A stretch of 49,194 bases of DNA, filler included, from Candidatus Woesearchaeota archaeon (GCA_047603125.1; 2 parts of 2 records of this genome joined end to end with filler, not necessarily neighbours in it); one strand, 5' to 3'. Shown: positions 19,372-28,824, counted from the whole stretch's first letter. Numbers and translations are program-made. The notes: generated by a model from the letters alone, not told the origin.

Positions 19372-20379
19372 ATGCATAATCAATCTGCACTGGATTTGTA
19401 CTATATGTTGCAAGAATTAGACTTGCAAGGAGCAAAAATTGATCAAGTCTATCAATATGAGCAAAAATTCTTTGTCATTCGTTTGCATAAAAGCGGTCAA
19501 GGGAAAAAAGAGTTGGCAATTTGCCTTCCAGATGCTCTCTTTTTAACAGAATTTCGACCAAGTGCACCACAAGCAACATCATTTTGCTTGTATCTTCGAA
19601 AAAAACTCTCCGGTTCTTTTGTTGATTCTGTGACTCAACTGGGCTTTGATCGGCGAATTCTTTTTACGTGCAAGCGTTTTGATTCGTACATGTATTTGAT
19701 TTTAGAGCTTTTTGATAAGGGAAATTTGATACTATGCTCAAAAAATGAAAAAGGAGACTTTATTATTGAATCAGCAGCACAGCAACAAGTCTGGTCTGAT
19801 AGAACAATCAAAAAAGGAGAAGTGTATGCTTTTGAACCTCGCCCATTTGCGCATGAACTCACAAAAGAACGATTTGAAGAGCTAGTGTTTGAAAATAATA
19901 CAGAACAACTTGATGAGAACACAAAACAACGCGCAATTGCCTCAAAACTTGGTCTGGGGGGCTGGTATGCAAAACTCGTTGAACCAACATATGAAGGTGT
20001 CTGCTCACTTTTTACAAAACAATTATCGCCACATTTACACGGCTCACGAGTCGTTCCTTTTGCTATAGATTCTACAAGTCAACCCCTAGAATCAATGAGT
20101 GCGGGTTTTGATCAACAGTTTGAGAAAGAACAAGCCCAAGAACAAAAACCAAAAGAGCATCCGCAATTAAAAAAATTGCGCGCAATTATACAAGCACAAA
20201 CAAAGCAACAAGAACAATTAGAAAAGACTATTGAGCAATCCACACAAATTGGTGAGTATATTTATGCAAACTTTGAAACCGTGCAAGAAATTTTACAATC
20301 AGCCAAATTGAAAAAAAAGCACCCGCTCATAAAAAAACAAGATGGGTTTACAGTACAGGTTCAAACTGAATCGGAGTGA
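19372..20379 (+). CDS. NFACT/Rqc2 (FbpA-like) N-terminal domain protein
   Basis: GAKIDQVYQ, FCLYLRKKL, Q.GFDRRI, LILELFDKGNLIL, GEYIYANF..V; lacks the C-terminal half. Confidence 0.85.
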   Translation: MHNQSALDLYYMLQELDLQGAKIDQVYQYEQKFFVIRLHKSGQGKKELAICLPDALFLTEFRPSAPQATSFCLYLRKKLSGSFVDSVTQLGFDRRILFTCKRFDSYMYLILELFDKGNLILCSKNEKGDFIIESAAQQQVWSDRTIKKGEVYAFEPRPFAHELTKERFEELVFENNTEQLDENTKQRAIASKLGLGGWYAKLVEPTYEGVCSLFTKQLSPHLHGSRVVPFAIDSTSQPLESMSAGFDQQFEKEQAQEQKPKEHPQLKKLRAIIQAQTKQQEQLEKTIEQSTQIGEYIYANFETVQEILQSAKLKKKHPLIKKQDGFTVQVQTESE

Positions 20380-20383
20380 TGAT

Positions 20384-21241
20384 ATGATTTTTCAAAAACG
20401 ATATAAAAAATGGGGCTTTGAACAACCAAAGACAATTCAAATAGAAAAGACGCTTCGCATCCATTCTTTTACCAATAACGATAAAGAAATTCTTCAAGAT
20501 TTAGATTCAAAAATTCTTGTGAAAAAAATTTCGTACTTGCCCCACGGATATACGGTGCAAAGCCCATTCTCCCTTGCAAGTTCCAAACAATATATTCTTG
20601 GTCAACTCTATATTCAAGACGCCGCGTCCCAAGTGCCTGTTGCATTACTGGATCCAAAACCAGCAGATCGAGTATTAGAAATTGGTGCAGCTCCTGGAGG
20701 AAAAACGACACAGCTTGCACAGCATATGAATAATCAAGGAGAAATTATCGCTGTTGATATTCGCGCTGATCGTATACGAAAACTTATCTTTAATCTTGAA
20801 CGCTGTGGCGTGACAAATACTTCGATTATTCACGAAGATGCTCGATATTTAGATTGTGGGACATTTGATAAAGTATTATTGGATGCTCCATGCTCGGGTA
20901 ATTATGCAATTGATCCACAGTGGTATTCAAAACGCACACTTGAAGATGTGCAAACACAATCATTGCTCCAAAAAGAACTCGTTGAAAAAGCAATCTCTGT
21001 TCTTAAACCGGGTGGGATTTTATTATATGCGACCTGCTCCCTTGAAATAGAAGAAAATGAGCACGTTATTGAATGGGCTCTCTCCACATTACCGGTAACA
21101 CTAATTCAACCGCAATCACCCATCGTTGACATTGCAAAGCCTGGTTTAACACAATTGACAAAATATTGCTTGCGATTTTGGCCAACACTTACAAAAACTC
21201 AGGGTTTTTTCGTTGCGATACTTCAAAAGAACGAAAAATAG
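20384..21241 (+). CDS. RsmB/NOP2-family RNA m5C methyltransferase
   Basis: YIQD, AAPGGKT, LLDAPCSG, YATCS, GFFVA. Confidence 0.93.
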   Translation: MIFQKRYKKWGFEQPKTIQIEKTLRIHSFTNNDKEILQDLDSKILVKKISYLPHGYTVQSPFSLASSKQYILGQLYIQDAASQVPVALLDPKPADRVLEIGAAPGGKTTQLAQHMNNQGEIIAVDIRADRIRKLIFNLERCGVTNTSIIHEDARYLDCGTFDKVLLDAPCSGNYAIDPQWYSKRTLEDVQTQSLLQKELVEKAISVLKPGGILLYATCSLEIEENEHVIEWALSTLPVTLIQPQSPIVDIAKPGLTQLTKYCLRFWPTLTKTQGFFVAILQKNEK

Positions 21242-21306
21242 TACTCTGATGTAGTAAACAAACTTTATATATCAAAAAAGATAAAATTACTAAAAAGAGG
21301 GTTTCA

Positions 21307-22080
21307 ATGGGTTTTTCACTATTTAAAAAAAAAGAGGACAAAGATTCTTCCAAGAGTGCTTCGCAGCAAAATGCGCCAAATCCAGCAGTAAGCGAGCAAG
21401 TTCCACCAAATGATTCAGTTTCAAGTTTACCACCGCTTTCTCAAAATAAGGAAAGCCAACCAAACACGCAACCTGCACCACAAGCGCCGGTGAATTCTCA
21501 AGAACAACCTACTGACATTCCAGGTGTGCCAAATACACAATTTTCATCTGATCCGAAAGTACCATCATTTGATGCATCACAATCTTCTGTAACGGGAGAT
21601 TTGGATGTGGAGCCACCGGTTCCTGATGAACTTCCAGATTTACCTTCATTTGATTTTTCTCAATTAGATAGTGAGCAAAAACCACAACCTGCAGAGCAGC
21701 CAGAACTGCAGCCAGTTGAGCAACCTGAGCCTGAAAAACCACCAGAGCTAGAACCTGAGCCACAACCGCAAGCACCATCCTTAGATTCATTCCAAGCTCC
21801 AGAGCCAGCACCTCAAGCAGAAGCACCTACAGAACCATTCAGCGCCCCTTCCTTTGATCCAAAAAAACCTGTTTTTTTACAAACTGAACAGTTTGAAGTC
21901 GTAGCTACTAATTTACAGGAAATAAAATCAGATGTTTCACATATGCAACAAGTAAATAATCACATACAAGGGGTTCATTCTTCTTTAGATAATCAAATGG
22001 AATTAATGAAGCAGATGATAACAGTTATGATTCAAAAAACAGAGGGAATCGAACGAAAACTATTCAAAAACATAGGGTGA
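21307..22080 (+). CDS. Pro/Gln/Glu-rich protein with C-terminal coiled coil
   Basis: Long low-complexity region, then PVFL plus heptad helix; GAGG SD. Confidence 0.8.
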   Translation: MGFSLFKKKEDKDSSKSASQQNAPNPAVSEQVPPNDSVSSLPPLSQNKESQPNTQPAPQAPVNSQEQPTDIPGVPNTQFSSDPKVPSFDASQSSVTGDLDVEPPVPDELPDLPSFDFSQLDSEQKPQPAEQPELQPVEQPEPEKPPELEPEPQPQAPSLDSFQAPEPAPQAEAPTEPFSAPSFDPKKPVFLQTEQFEVVATNLQEIKSDVSHMQQVNNHIQGVHSSLDNQMELMKQMITVMIQKTEGIERKLFKNIG

Positions 22081-22086
22081 TGATAT

Positions 22087-22311
22087 ATGGAAAAAATGCC
22101 GGTATTTATTAAAATTGACGAATATAAAGACGTGTTGACATTGGTACAGGATTTACAATCAAAGTCACAGGAAGCAAAAGCATTGTTACAAAAAATTGTG
22201 GATTTAAAAAATTCAGAAGATACGGAATTAGAAAGTTGGAGAATGGGCTTAGAAGACATTGAGGCAAAGATTCAGACATTGACAAACGCACTTCAAGATC
22301 CAAAACAATAA
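22087..22311 (+). CDS. Small coiled-coil protein
   Basis: 74 aa, PVFIKIDEY plus heptads; GGGTGA SD. Confidence 0.8.
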   Translation: MEKMPVFIKIDEYKDVLTLVQDLQSKSQEAKALLQKIVDLKNSEDTELESWRMGLEDIEAKIQTLTNALQDPKQ

Positions 22312-22312
22312 A

Positions 22313-22714
22313 ATGAAAAAACGAAAAATACCTGTAAAAAAGAAGCGAGCTCAAAAAAAAAGTGAACCATATTATGTGAGCTTGCAAGATCCAAAAGATG
22401 TGTATAAATGTTTTTTGGAATGTACTCATGGGTATTTGACAAGTTTAAAACAATTTGAAAAAGTTAAAAAACTTTCTATACAAAAAAAAGAACTATCCTC
22501 TGAATTCATAAAGTTAGTCACGCAGATAGCGTCTGCAGTAAACACACTTAACAAGAAATTACCAAAACATAAAATTTCAACAAAAAAGTTCGAAAAAACA
22601 ATTGCACAACCAAAACCAGTTGTACAAAAAGTAAACACTTCAAGAGCCATGTCCGAACTTGAAAAACTTGAGCATGAATTAGCAGAAATTGAGTCAAAGC
22701 TTGGTAATTTATAA
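22313..22714 (+). CDS. Basic coiled-coil protein
   Basis: PYYVSL plus helices, ends ELEKLEHELAEIESKL; followed by a T-tract. Confidence 0.75.
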   Translation: MKKRKIPVKKKRAQKKSEPYYVSLQDPKDVYKCFLECTHGYLTSLKQFEKVKKLSIQKKELSSEFIKLVTQIASAVNTLNKKLPKHKISTKKFEKTIAQPKPVVQKVNTSRAMSELEKLEHELAEIESKLGNL

Positions 22715-22728
22715 TTTCTTTTTTTTCA

Positions 22729-22989
22729 TTAATTATTGATGGTAATATCAAATATTTTCATTTGTAAACCAAGTTCTTTGAATTTTGCTATTACTTCTTT
22801 TTTATATTTTGGTTCAATAAAAAAAGTCCCTCGTGCAATTTTCTCAAAAGGTATATCTGAGAGTATGCCTTTTCGTTTATAGATATATTTGCCATGATTG
22901 GAACTATCCGTATATCCATAAATTTTCCTTGTTATTTCGAGAGCATTTTTTCGACCACTTAACGAGTATGCGACGAGTGTTCTTTTCAT
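22729..22989 (-). CDS. Small hypothetical protein (possible Cas2/VapD-like ferredoxin fold)
   Basis: 86 aa from MKRTLVAYSL; the longer ORF-track call runs through two tRNAs. Confidence 0.6.
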   Translation of the reverse strand: MKRTLVAYSLSGRKNALEITRKIYGYTDSSNHGKYIYKRKGILSDIPFEKIARGTFFIEPKYKKEVIAKFKELGLQMKIFDITINN

Positions 22990-23092
22990 AATGTGGTGTA
23001 AATAATAAAGGTATATAAAGTTTACGTATATTATATACGTAAAAAGAAACATTGACTCCGATCGAACCTTCCTTACAATCATTGAGAAAAAA

Positions 23093-23175
23093 TGCGGGAA
23101 GAGGGGTTCGAACCCTCGTAGGCGTAAGCCAACGGTTCTTGAGACCGCCCCGTTTGACCGCTCCGGCATTCCCGC
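23093..23175 (-). tRNA. tRNA-Leu(CAA)
   Basis: Acceptor GCGGGAA/TTCCCGC, anticodon arm GCGGT-CTCAAGA-ACCGT, long variable arm, GGTTCGAACC T-arm; no CCA. Confidence 0.95.
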
Positions 23176-23232
23176 AACTACACAAACAAGGGATTTCTTT
23201 TTAAATATTACTGATTTTCCTTCAAAAAAGAC

Positions 23233-23306
23233 GGGGTCGTGGTCTAGCTTGGTATGATTCAAGGCTGGGGGTCTTGAGGTCGGGAGTTCAAATCTCCCCG
23301 ATCCCA
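23233..23306 (+). tRNA. tRNA-Pro(GGG)
   Basis: Acceptor GGGGTCG/CGATCCC, anticodon arm CAAGG-CTGGGGG-TCTTG, T-arm GGGAG-TTCAAAT-CTCCC; no CCA. Confidence 0.95.
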
Positions 23307-23309
23307 TCT

Positions 23310-23597
23310 TTAATTAATTCCAAATGTGTCTAAGAATTCGCCTATCATTTTATATCGTGAGAGAAATTCAAATCCCTTCTCTGTTAATTGATAGGAGCGC
23401 GATGTTTTTGTTTGTACTTGGACAATTAAATCATTTTTTTGCAATTCTGCTAAGTATTCATTCATCATAGTATGTGATAAATTCGCTTTATACATAATGT
23501 GCGTCGGTTTAATACGACCATTTTTTGCTTGAATGGCTCGCAAAATATCCGCAATTACTTGGATTTTATCCCGTTTTAGTGTTTTTTTCGCCGCCAT
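23310..23597 (-). CDS. Winged-helix transcriptional regulator (HTH_45/ArnR1-like)
   Basis: RDKIQVIADIL, PTHIMYKANLS, YQLTEKG.EFL. Confidence 0.85.
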   Translation of the reverse strand: MAAKKTLKRDKIQVIADILRAIQAKNGRIKPTHIMYKANLSHTMMNEYLAELQKNDLIVQVQTKTSRSYQLTEKGFEFLSRYKMIGEFLDTFGIN

Positions 23598-24208
23598 ACG
23601 AGTAGGATGTTTGTTAAGATTATAAAGTATGCGAATAATTCAAGAAAATGTCCAGTTATATAAATTGCTGGTGAAGAAAAAGCGATTGCATACAAGCTAC
23701 GGGCTAAAAATAATAGTATAAATGTGGAAAAAACAGAACGAACTCGGCATTTACTTATTGCACCCAATTGTTTATATTTTGTGATAAATCGACTGTAATA
23801 ATATGCAACCATAAATAACAAAAGTGCGGCACTTAAACTGTTAAAAACAGTAAGGTTAAGACCAAAGATAAATAATGGTGTAAGAACAAGCGCACTTAAA
23901 AGAACGAGAACAGAGTAATTTTGAATGCGAAATGTCATATGTGCCAAGGTGACGATTCCTAGCAAGTAAAGAATCATATACATATACAAAAAGCTCGCTA
24001 TGAAAAGAATCCCGTATAGGCCGTGGGACGCATGTGCGAGTGCGAGAAGTCCAAAACCAATCCCTAAAAATTTGGATTGTTGACTTTTACATAAATAATA
24101 CACATAAAAGGCACTCATGGACGCAAATAAAAGTAGTAAAAAGAATATTCCTTCAAATATAATCCCGTATGATAAAAACCATTGTGGAAAACTTAAAAGT
24201 GACGGCAT
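23576..24208 (-). CDS. Polytopic membrane protein (~7 TM)
   Basis: Hydrophobic 210-aa ORF overlapping the wHTH gene start. Confidence 0.75.
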   Translation of the reverse strand: MPSLLSFPQWFLSYGIIFEGIFFLLLLFASMSAFYVYYLCKSQQSKFLGIGFGLLALAHASHGLYGILFIASFLYMYMILYLLGIVTLAHMTFRIQNYSVLVLLSALVLTPLFIFGLNLTVFNSLSAALLLFMVAYYYSRFITKYKQLGAISKCRVRSVFSTFILLFLARSLYAIAFSSPAIYITGHFLELFAYFIILTNILLVWRRKKH

Positions 24209-24318
24209 TCTATAGGGTTTGTAGTTTCTCTTTAAAAAACTTATAGATAATTCTTCTAGAAATATCTTTACTTGAGTATTTAAATCTCTAACACTACATA
24301 CTTAGTAGAGGTGATACA

Positions 24319-24393
24319 ATGAGCATGATTCGATATATGTTAGCAAAGTCCAGTTTTGTCATTTATTCCAAATTGAGTGGGAAGGTTCCGTAA
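24319..24393 (+). CDS. Putative 24-aa small protein MSMIRYMLAKSSFVIYSKLSGKVP
   Basis: TATTTAAAT at ~24277, SD GAGGTGA 24308-24314, ATG, TAA then T-tracts. Confidence 0.5.
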   Translation: MSMIRYMLAKSSFVIYSKLSGKVP

Positions 24394-24566
24394 GTGTTTT
24401 TTTCGCTTTTTCCCCTTTCAATTGCACAATATTTTATATTTACAAGTTTGTGCAAATAAAAATGCGCAAGATTGCAAAGTGGAAAACATCCCTGCGGACT
24501 GATAACCCTCAGCAATATTAGGTTTTCTCATAAAAATTTATAAAGGATTTCTGCTAAAACTCGCAT

Positions 24567-24685
24567 ATGAGCAAAGATTTCCAATCACAGATTCCTTTTA
24601 TTTCTATCGTTGCTATTGTAGCAATTGTCGCGATTGTTGGTTTGTTGCAAAATGGTGGTGGATTTAATTTTTTGTCAGATCGCTC
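24567..24685 (+). CDS. 5' fragment of a secreted or membrane protein, truncated by the contig end
   Basis: MSKDFQSQIPFISIVAIVAIVAIVGLL... with TTTATAAA ~25 nt upstream. Confidence 0.6.
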
Positions 24686-24785
24686 NNNNNNNNNNNNNNN
24701 NNNNNNNNNNNNNNNNNNNNNNNNNNNNNTTAATTAATTAANNNNNNNNNNNNNNNNNNNNNNNNNNNNNNNNNNNNNNNNNNNN
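24686..24785. other. Artificial contig-join spacer
   Basis: N44 + TTAATTAATTAA (stops in all six frames) + N44. Confidence 0.98.
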
Positions 24786-24885
24786 TTTAAAAATGTATTG
24801 ATTCGAAGAAACGACAATTACATGTTTATACTATCACTAACTAAACCTCAACTATCTTTTTAAAGACAAGATAGTCAAAACTTCC

Positions 24886-26649
24886 GTGAACAATCCAATA
24901 CTCTATCTATTTAAGAAATGGTGGCGTTTTTCAAAAGGAAATAGAAAAAACGTTGTCTTATACATTTCACTCTTTACCATAGGACAAGCATTTTCATTCT
25001 TTGAGCCCCTCATCATTGGACTTCTGCTAAACACAATACAAGAACAGGGTGTAACGGACATACGACTCTTACTTGGAATTGCACTATTATATGTTGGTGC
25101 AAGATTTGGGTTCTGGTTATTTCACGGACCCGGCCGAATTATTGAAATTTCAAATGCGTTCCATGTTCGCGCACAATATAAACAATATCTACTTACTGGC
25201 GTGTTAAACCTTCCCCCTAAATGGCATACAGATAATCACTCCGGAGACTCTATTGATAAAATTGAAAAAGGAACGAGCGCGCTGTTTGAATTTTCCAATA
25301 TTACTTTTGAAATATTTGACACCGTACTACGGTTTCTTGGTTCCTATCTCGCACTTATTTATTTTAATTTTCACACAAGTTACATCGTTCTCTTTTTTGT
25401 TATACTTACTATAATCACTATTTTACAATTTGATAAATATATTATTCCAAATTATCGCCAAATAAATCAGATGGAAAACACTATCGCCTCTAAAATGTAT
25501 GACACTATAAGCAATATTACCACTGTAATCATTCTTAGAATTGAGCGATTAGTCTCTACCGACATCTACAAATCCATTATGAAACCCTTTCGACTTTTTC
25601 GAAAAAACAGTATTATTAATGAAACTAAATGGTTCACAGTATCAATGCTTACAACAGGCATGGTCTTTTTCGTACTTGGTTCGTATCTATATCAAGCGTA
25701 TCTGACACAAAGTACTGTTATGCTCGGAACTATTTACATTTTATACGGATATGTTGAGCGAATTAACAATCTCTTCTATCGATTCACGCATAGATACGGA
25801 CAAATTATCAAAGAATATGCAGCAGTTAACAATGCAGAACTTCTTGAGAAAAATTTTGTTAAACAAAAAACTGTCAAACGTATTCATTTTCCAAAAACAT
25901 GGAAACGTCTGCTCATTCAAAATCTTAACTTTTCATACGATGGAAAATCTTCCGGCGCACTCCACTTAAACAATGTCTCACTCACGTTTAAACGAGGAGA
26001 AAGAATCGCCTTTATTGGAGAGAGCGGAAGTGGAAAGACAACTATGCTCAAAGTGATTAGAGGGTTATATCATTCGCCATCATATCAATTATTTATTGAC
26101 GATCAACCAATTGCTCACGGATTCAAAGCAATCAAAGAAGACATTTCTCTTATTCCCCAAGATCCTGAGATTTTTAATGCGACTATCAGAGAAAACATAA
26201 CCTTTGGCATACGACACAAACAAAGCACAATTCTCACGTACACCGACATGGCACGATTCACACAAGTTGTCAAGCGACTTCCTCAACAATGGGATTCATC
26301 CATTGTAGAAAAAGGAGTAAATTTGAGTGGAGGAGAAAAACAACGACTCGCTCTCTCTAGAGGGTTGCTTGCCTGCCAAGATAAACCATTTGTTTTACTT
26401 GATGAACCAACTAGTAGTGTTGATCCAAAAAATGAGCTTCTTATTTACAAAAGCATATTTAGAAAATTCAAAAGAAAAACGATTATTTCAACCATACATC
26501 GACTTCACTTACTCCCACTCTTCGACACAATATACATTTTTGATAAAGGAGAAATTGTAGCAGTTGGCTCATATAAACAGCTACAAAAAACATCACCTAT
26601 ATTTCGTCAGATCCTTAAAAAATATGCAAAATCACAAGAGATTGAATAA
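24886..26649 (+). CDS. ABC exporter, fused permease and ATPase
   Basis: TM domain, GESGSGKT, LSGGEKQR, LLDEPT, IHRL; GTG start. Confidence 0.95.
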   Translation: MNNPILYLFKKWWRFSKGNRKNVVLYISLFTIGQAFSFFEPLIIGLLLNTIQEQGVTDIRLLLGIALLYVGARFGFWLFHGPGRIIEISNAFHVRAQYKQYLLTGVLNLPPKWHTDNHSGDSIDKIEKGTSALFEFSNITFEIFDTVLRFLGSYLALIYFNFHTSYIVLFFVILTIITILQFDKYIIPNYRQINQMENTIASKMYDTISNITTVIILRIERLVSTDIYKSIMKPFRLFRKNSIINETKWFTVSMLTTGMVFFVLGSYLYQAYLTQSTVMLGTIYILYGYVERINNLFYRFTHRYGQIIKEYAAVNNAELLEKNFVKQKTVKRIHFPKTWKRLLIQNLNFSYDGKSSGALHLNNVSLTFKRGERIAFIGESGSGKTTMLKVIRGLYHSPSYQLFIDDQPIAHGFKAIKEDISLIPQDPEIFNATIRENITFGIRHKQSTILTYTDMARFTQVVKRLPQQWDSSIVEKGVNLSGGEKQRLALSRGLLACQDKPFVLLDEPTSSVDPKNELLIYKSIFRKFKRKTIISTIHRLHLLPLFDTIYIFDKGEIVAVGSYKQLQKTSPIFRQILKKYAKSQEIE

Positions 26650-26732
26650 AAAAGTTCACCACTCTAGGCGAATTGAAAAAAACAAGTATCTCAAACCTAT
26701 ATCTTTATAAGTACTCGCAGGTACCTGTATTT

Positions 26733-27014
26733 ATGACCGCACAAATTAAATTGACCCTAGACAACACACTCGCCAAAAAAATTAAAGCGACGGCAAAAGA
26801 GCTTGGATATTTAAGTACACAAGAATTTATTGTCGAGGCTGCAAGAAAAAGGGTTTTTATTATAGAAGGTATGAAAGCACTTCAAGGAATTAATCAGAAT
26901 GAACCAAAAAAAATAACTGAAGAAGAGTATGAACAAATGATTTTAAACATCGAACAAGGAAAAAAATCACATACTTTCAGGAAGTTGAATTTGAATCGAA
27001 TCCCCCGAGCATAA
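26733..27014 (+). CDS. RHH/CopG-like putative antitoxin
   Basis: MTAQIKLTLD...KIKATAKELGY.STQEFIVEAAR ribbon-helix-helix pattern. Confidence 0.7.
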   Translation: MTAQIKLTLDNTLAKKIKATAKELGYLSTQEFIVEAARKRVFIIEGMKALQGINQNEPKKITEEEYEQMILNIEQGKKSHTFRKLNLNRIPRA

Positions 27015-27374
27015 AAAATCTCGAATATTACGAGTGACAATATATCTCGCACCGGCTTTTTTTGCTAGAATTTCATGCAATCTGTCTTGCCAATGAGAAA
27101 AGACTTTAGCCTTTTGGACATCTTCTTTCGATTGCTCTACCCAAACTATCTTATTACATTCCACAAACCAATCTAGTAAGGACTGGATATGTTTATCTGA
27201 AGCATTTTTTTGCAATTCCACCAAAACCCAGTCAGAGATGACTATAGTATATGAACACTGAATACATTTTCTAAAAAACTCAAATGCAAAATCTCCTAAA
27301 GGTCTGAGCCTATCAACTCTATTAAATAGATAATCCAAATATACATTTGTATCCACATAAACCAATTGCGACAT
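26967..27374 (-). CDS. PIN-domain (VapC-like) ribonuclease
   Basis: VYVDTNVYLD, E, D.LH, IVTRNIRDF. Confidence 0.88.
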   Translation of the reverse strand: MSQLVYVDTNVYLDYLFNRVDRLRPLGDFAFEFFRKCIQCSYTIVISDWVLVELQKNASDKHIQSLLDWFVECNKIVWVEQSKEDVQKAKVFSHWQDRLHEILAKKAGARYIVTRNIRDFLCSGDSIQIQLPESM

Positions 27375-27435
27375 ATGTATATCAAAACGCCCTTCACTTA
27401 TCAACTTAAGTTTAAAATAGTGGAAAGATTTTCAA

Positions 27436-27828
27436 TCACAAGAGATTAAATAGCTGTTTTGCATCAGTTTTCGAGGTAATGATAAATTCCCCGCCATGAT
27501 TTTTCATTTTCTGTTCAAATTCATACACGCCAGAGTATGAAAGAACAACCCTCGTTTGTAAGACATCTGCCGGGTCACCTCTATTGCGACTTGTCGATAG
27601 TTCTTGTACACTAATAGACCAAATGCGAAATTGTGAACTGCCCATAAGCGATTGCAAGTATGTTTGAAAGTCAAGCGCTTTTGTAAAAAAGCAATCTTTT
27701 CCTTCCTCGTCATAATACGGACCATTTTGTAAGACTGTTTTTATGTGCGAGTCAGTTGATGCAAAACTCAAATGAAACTCGTGTTCATTAAAACGTGATA
27801 AGAAAACACAAAATTGCTCATAATCCAT
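27436..27828 (-). CDS. hypothetical protein
   Basis: 130-aa ORF with TATA-like element upstream. Confidence 0.55.
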   Translation of the reverse strand: MDYEQFCVFLSRFNEHEFHLSFASTDSHIKTVLQNGPYYDEEGKDCFFTKALDFQTYLQSLMGSSQFRIWSISVQELSTSRNRGDPADVLQTRVVLSYSGVYEFEQKMKNHGGEFIITSKTDAKQLFNLL

Positions 27829-27886
27829 AGTACTCTCAAAAGGCGAGTATATTAAATACTTTTGGGTTTCTCCGAGTTTAACCTGA

Positions 27887-28079
27887 AAATAACAAAAGTT
27901 CGCTGCTCGAAGCTAATTGAAAAACACAAATTTTTCAAACTCAGAAAACTAGAAAGTTTTCTAGGTATCCCCGCCCTAAAGGGACGGGGTATTACACTTC
28001 TCACCTAATCGCGAACTTTTGAATTGAGAGTTTGCGGACTAAAGTCCGGGGTATTATACCCGCGAAACCCTCAATAAGA
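27887..28079. repeat. 193-bp hairpin-rich repeat, copy 1 (MITE/PATE-like)
   Basis: 188/193 identical to 36612-36804; contains CCCCGCCCTAAAGGGACGGGG and CGGACTAAAGTCCG hairpins. Confidence 0.9.
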
Positions 28080-28080
28080 T

Positions 28081-28228
28081 AAAAGAGCACCTTGCAGCCA
28101 GATAAGAAAATTCGGTGATTGTTTGAAAGTTTCTTTCAAACTTGAGGATGTGAATCCGAAAAGTTTGCAAGCGAATTTTCGCATAGCACTCAAAGCGGGA
28201 CTCTTGAGTAAAATCTGCGTGCTCTTTT
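28081..28228. ncRNA. CTT-bulge three-way-junction element, copy A
   Basis: AAAAGAGCAC-CTT-GCAG ... AT-CTGC-GTGCTCTTTT enclosing nested stems. Confidence 0.7.
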
Positions 28229-28290
28229 TGAGAAACAATTTTTGAATGAAGCAGGTTTCTCACCCACTACAACATACGTAATCGAGAACC

Positions 28291-28824
28291 TCATCTTCTT
28301 CGCAGACTCCCTAATACATCTTCCAAATTAGCTCGATATAATATTGTCGCCCTCACATCACTTGGCGTATACCGCTCTAATTCAATTTGAAGATGAATAT
28401 TCCCAGGAATATACGATGGTTTCTTAATATCTGTTCTAAAACGCACATCATCAGAGAAGCGAACAATAATATCTCCGGAGACAGGTGTCTGCAAAGGAAT
28501 TCTCATACGCGGAGCTAACATGTCAAATCGAAGCTGGACATTTTTTTGATAACCGTCATAGTCAAGAGACTGAATGTCTACATTTGACACTGCAAACTCA
28601 GTTTCTTTTTGAACATGATTTTGCAAACGATTTGCAAGTCGATCTACTGTTGTTATCCGCCTCGACTGCATTTCCCGCAATAATTCTTGCTCTTGATTTA
28701 ACACATGTTGAGCATATAAACTATTCCTCACAGGTTGTGGGGGACCAACAAAAGAATCATCAACATGTTGGGACACTGCGTGAAATGGTAAGAGAAAAAG
28801 TCCAATTGCTGCCTTGTAATTCAT
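28291..28824 (-). CDS. Hypothetical secreted protein
   Basis: Signal-peptide-like N-terminus from MNYK; TTTATAA upstream. Confidence 0.6.
   Translation of the reverse strand: MNYKAAIGLFLLPFHAVSQHVDDSFVGPPQPVRNSLYAQHVLNQEQELLREMQSRRITTVDRLANRLQNHVQKETEFAVSNVDIQSLDYDGYQKNVQLRFDMLAPRMRIPLQTPVSGDIIVRFSDDVRFRTDIKKPSYIPGNIHLQIELERYTPSDVRATILYRANLEDVLGSLRRR

Noticed and set aside
23053..23072. GGTTCGATC T-loop-like sequence downstream of tRNA-Leu (possible att remnant)
   Set aside because: No T-stem pairing, no identity to the tRNA 3' end, and no integrase.
22729..23307. 192-aa ORF from the ORF track
   Set aside because: Its N-terminal half is read through two tRNA genes; only 22729-22989 is kept.
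24686..24785. TTAATTAATTAA palindrome within N runs
   Set aside because: Artificial contig linker; adjacency across it has no biological meaning.
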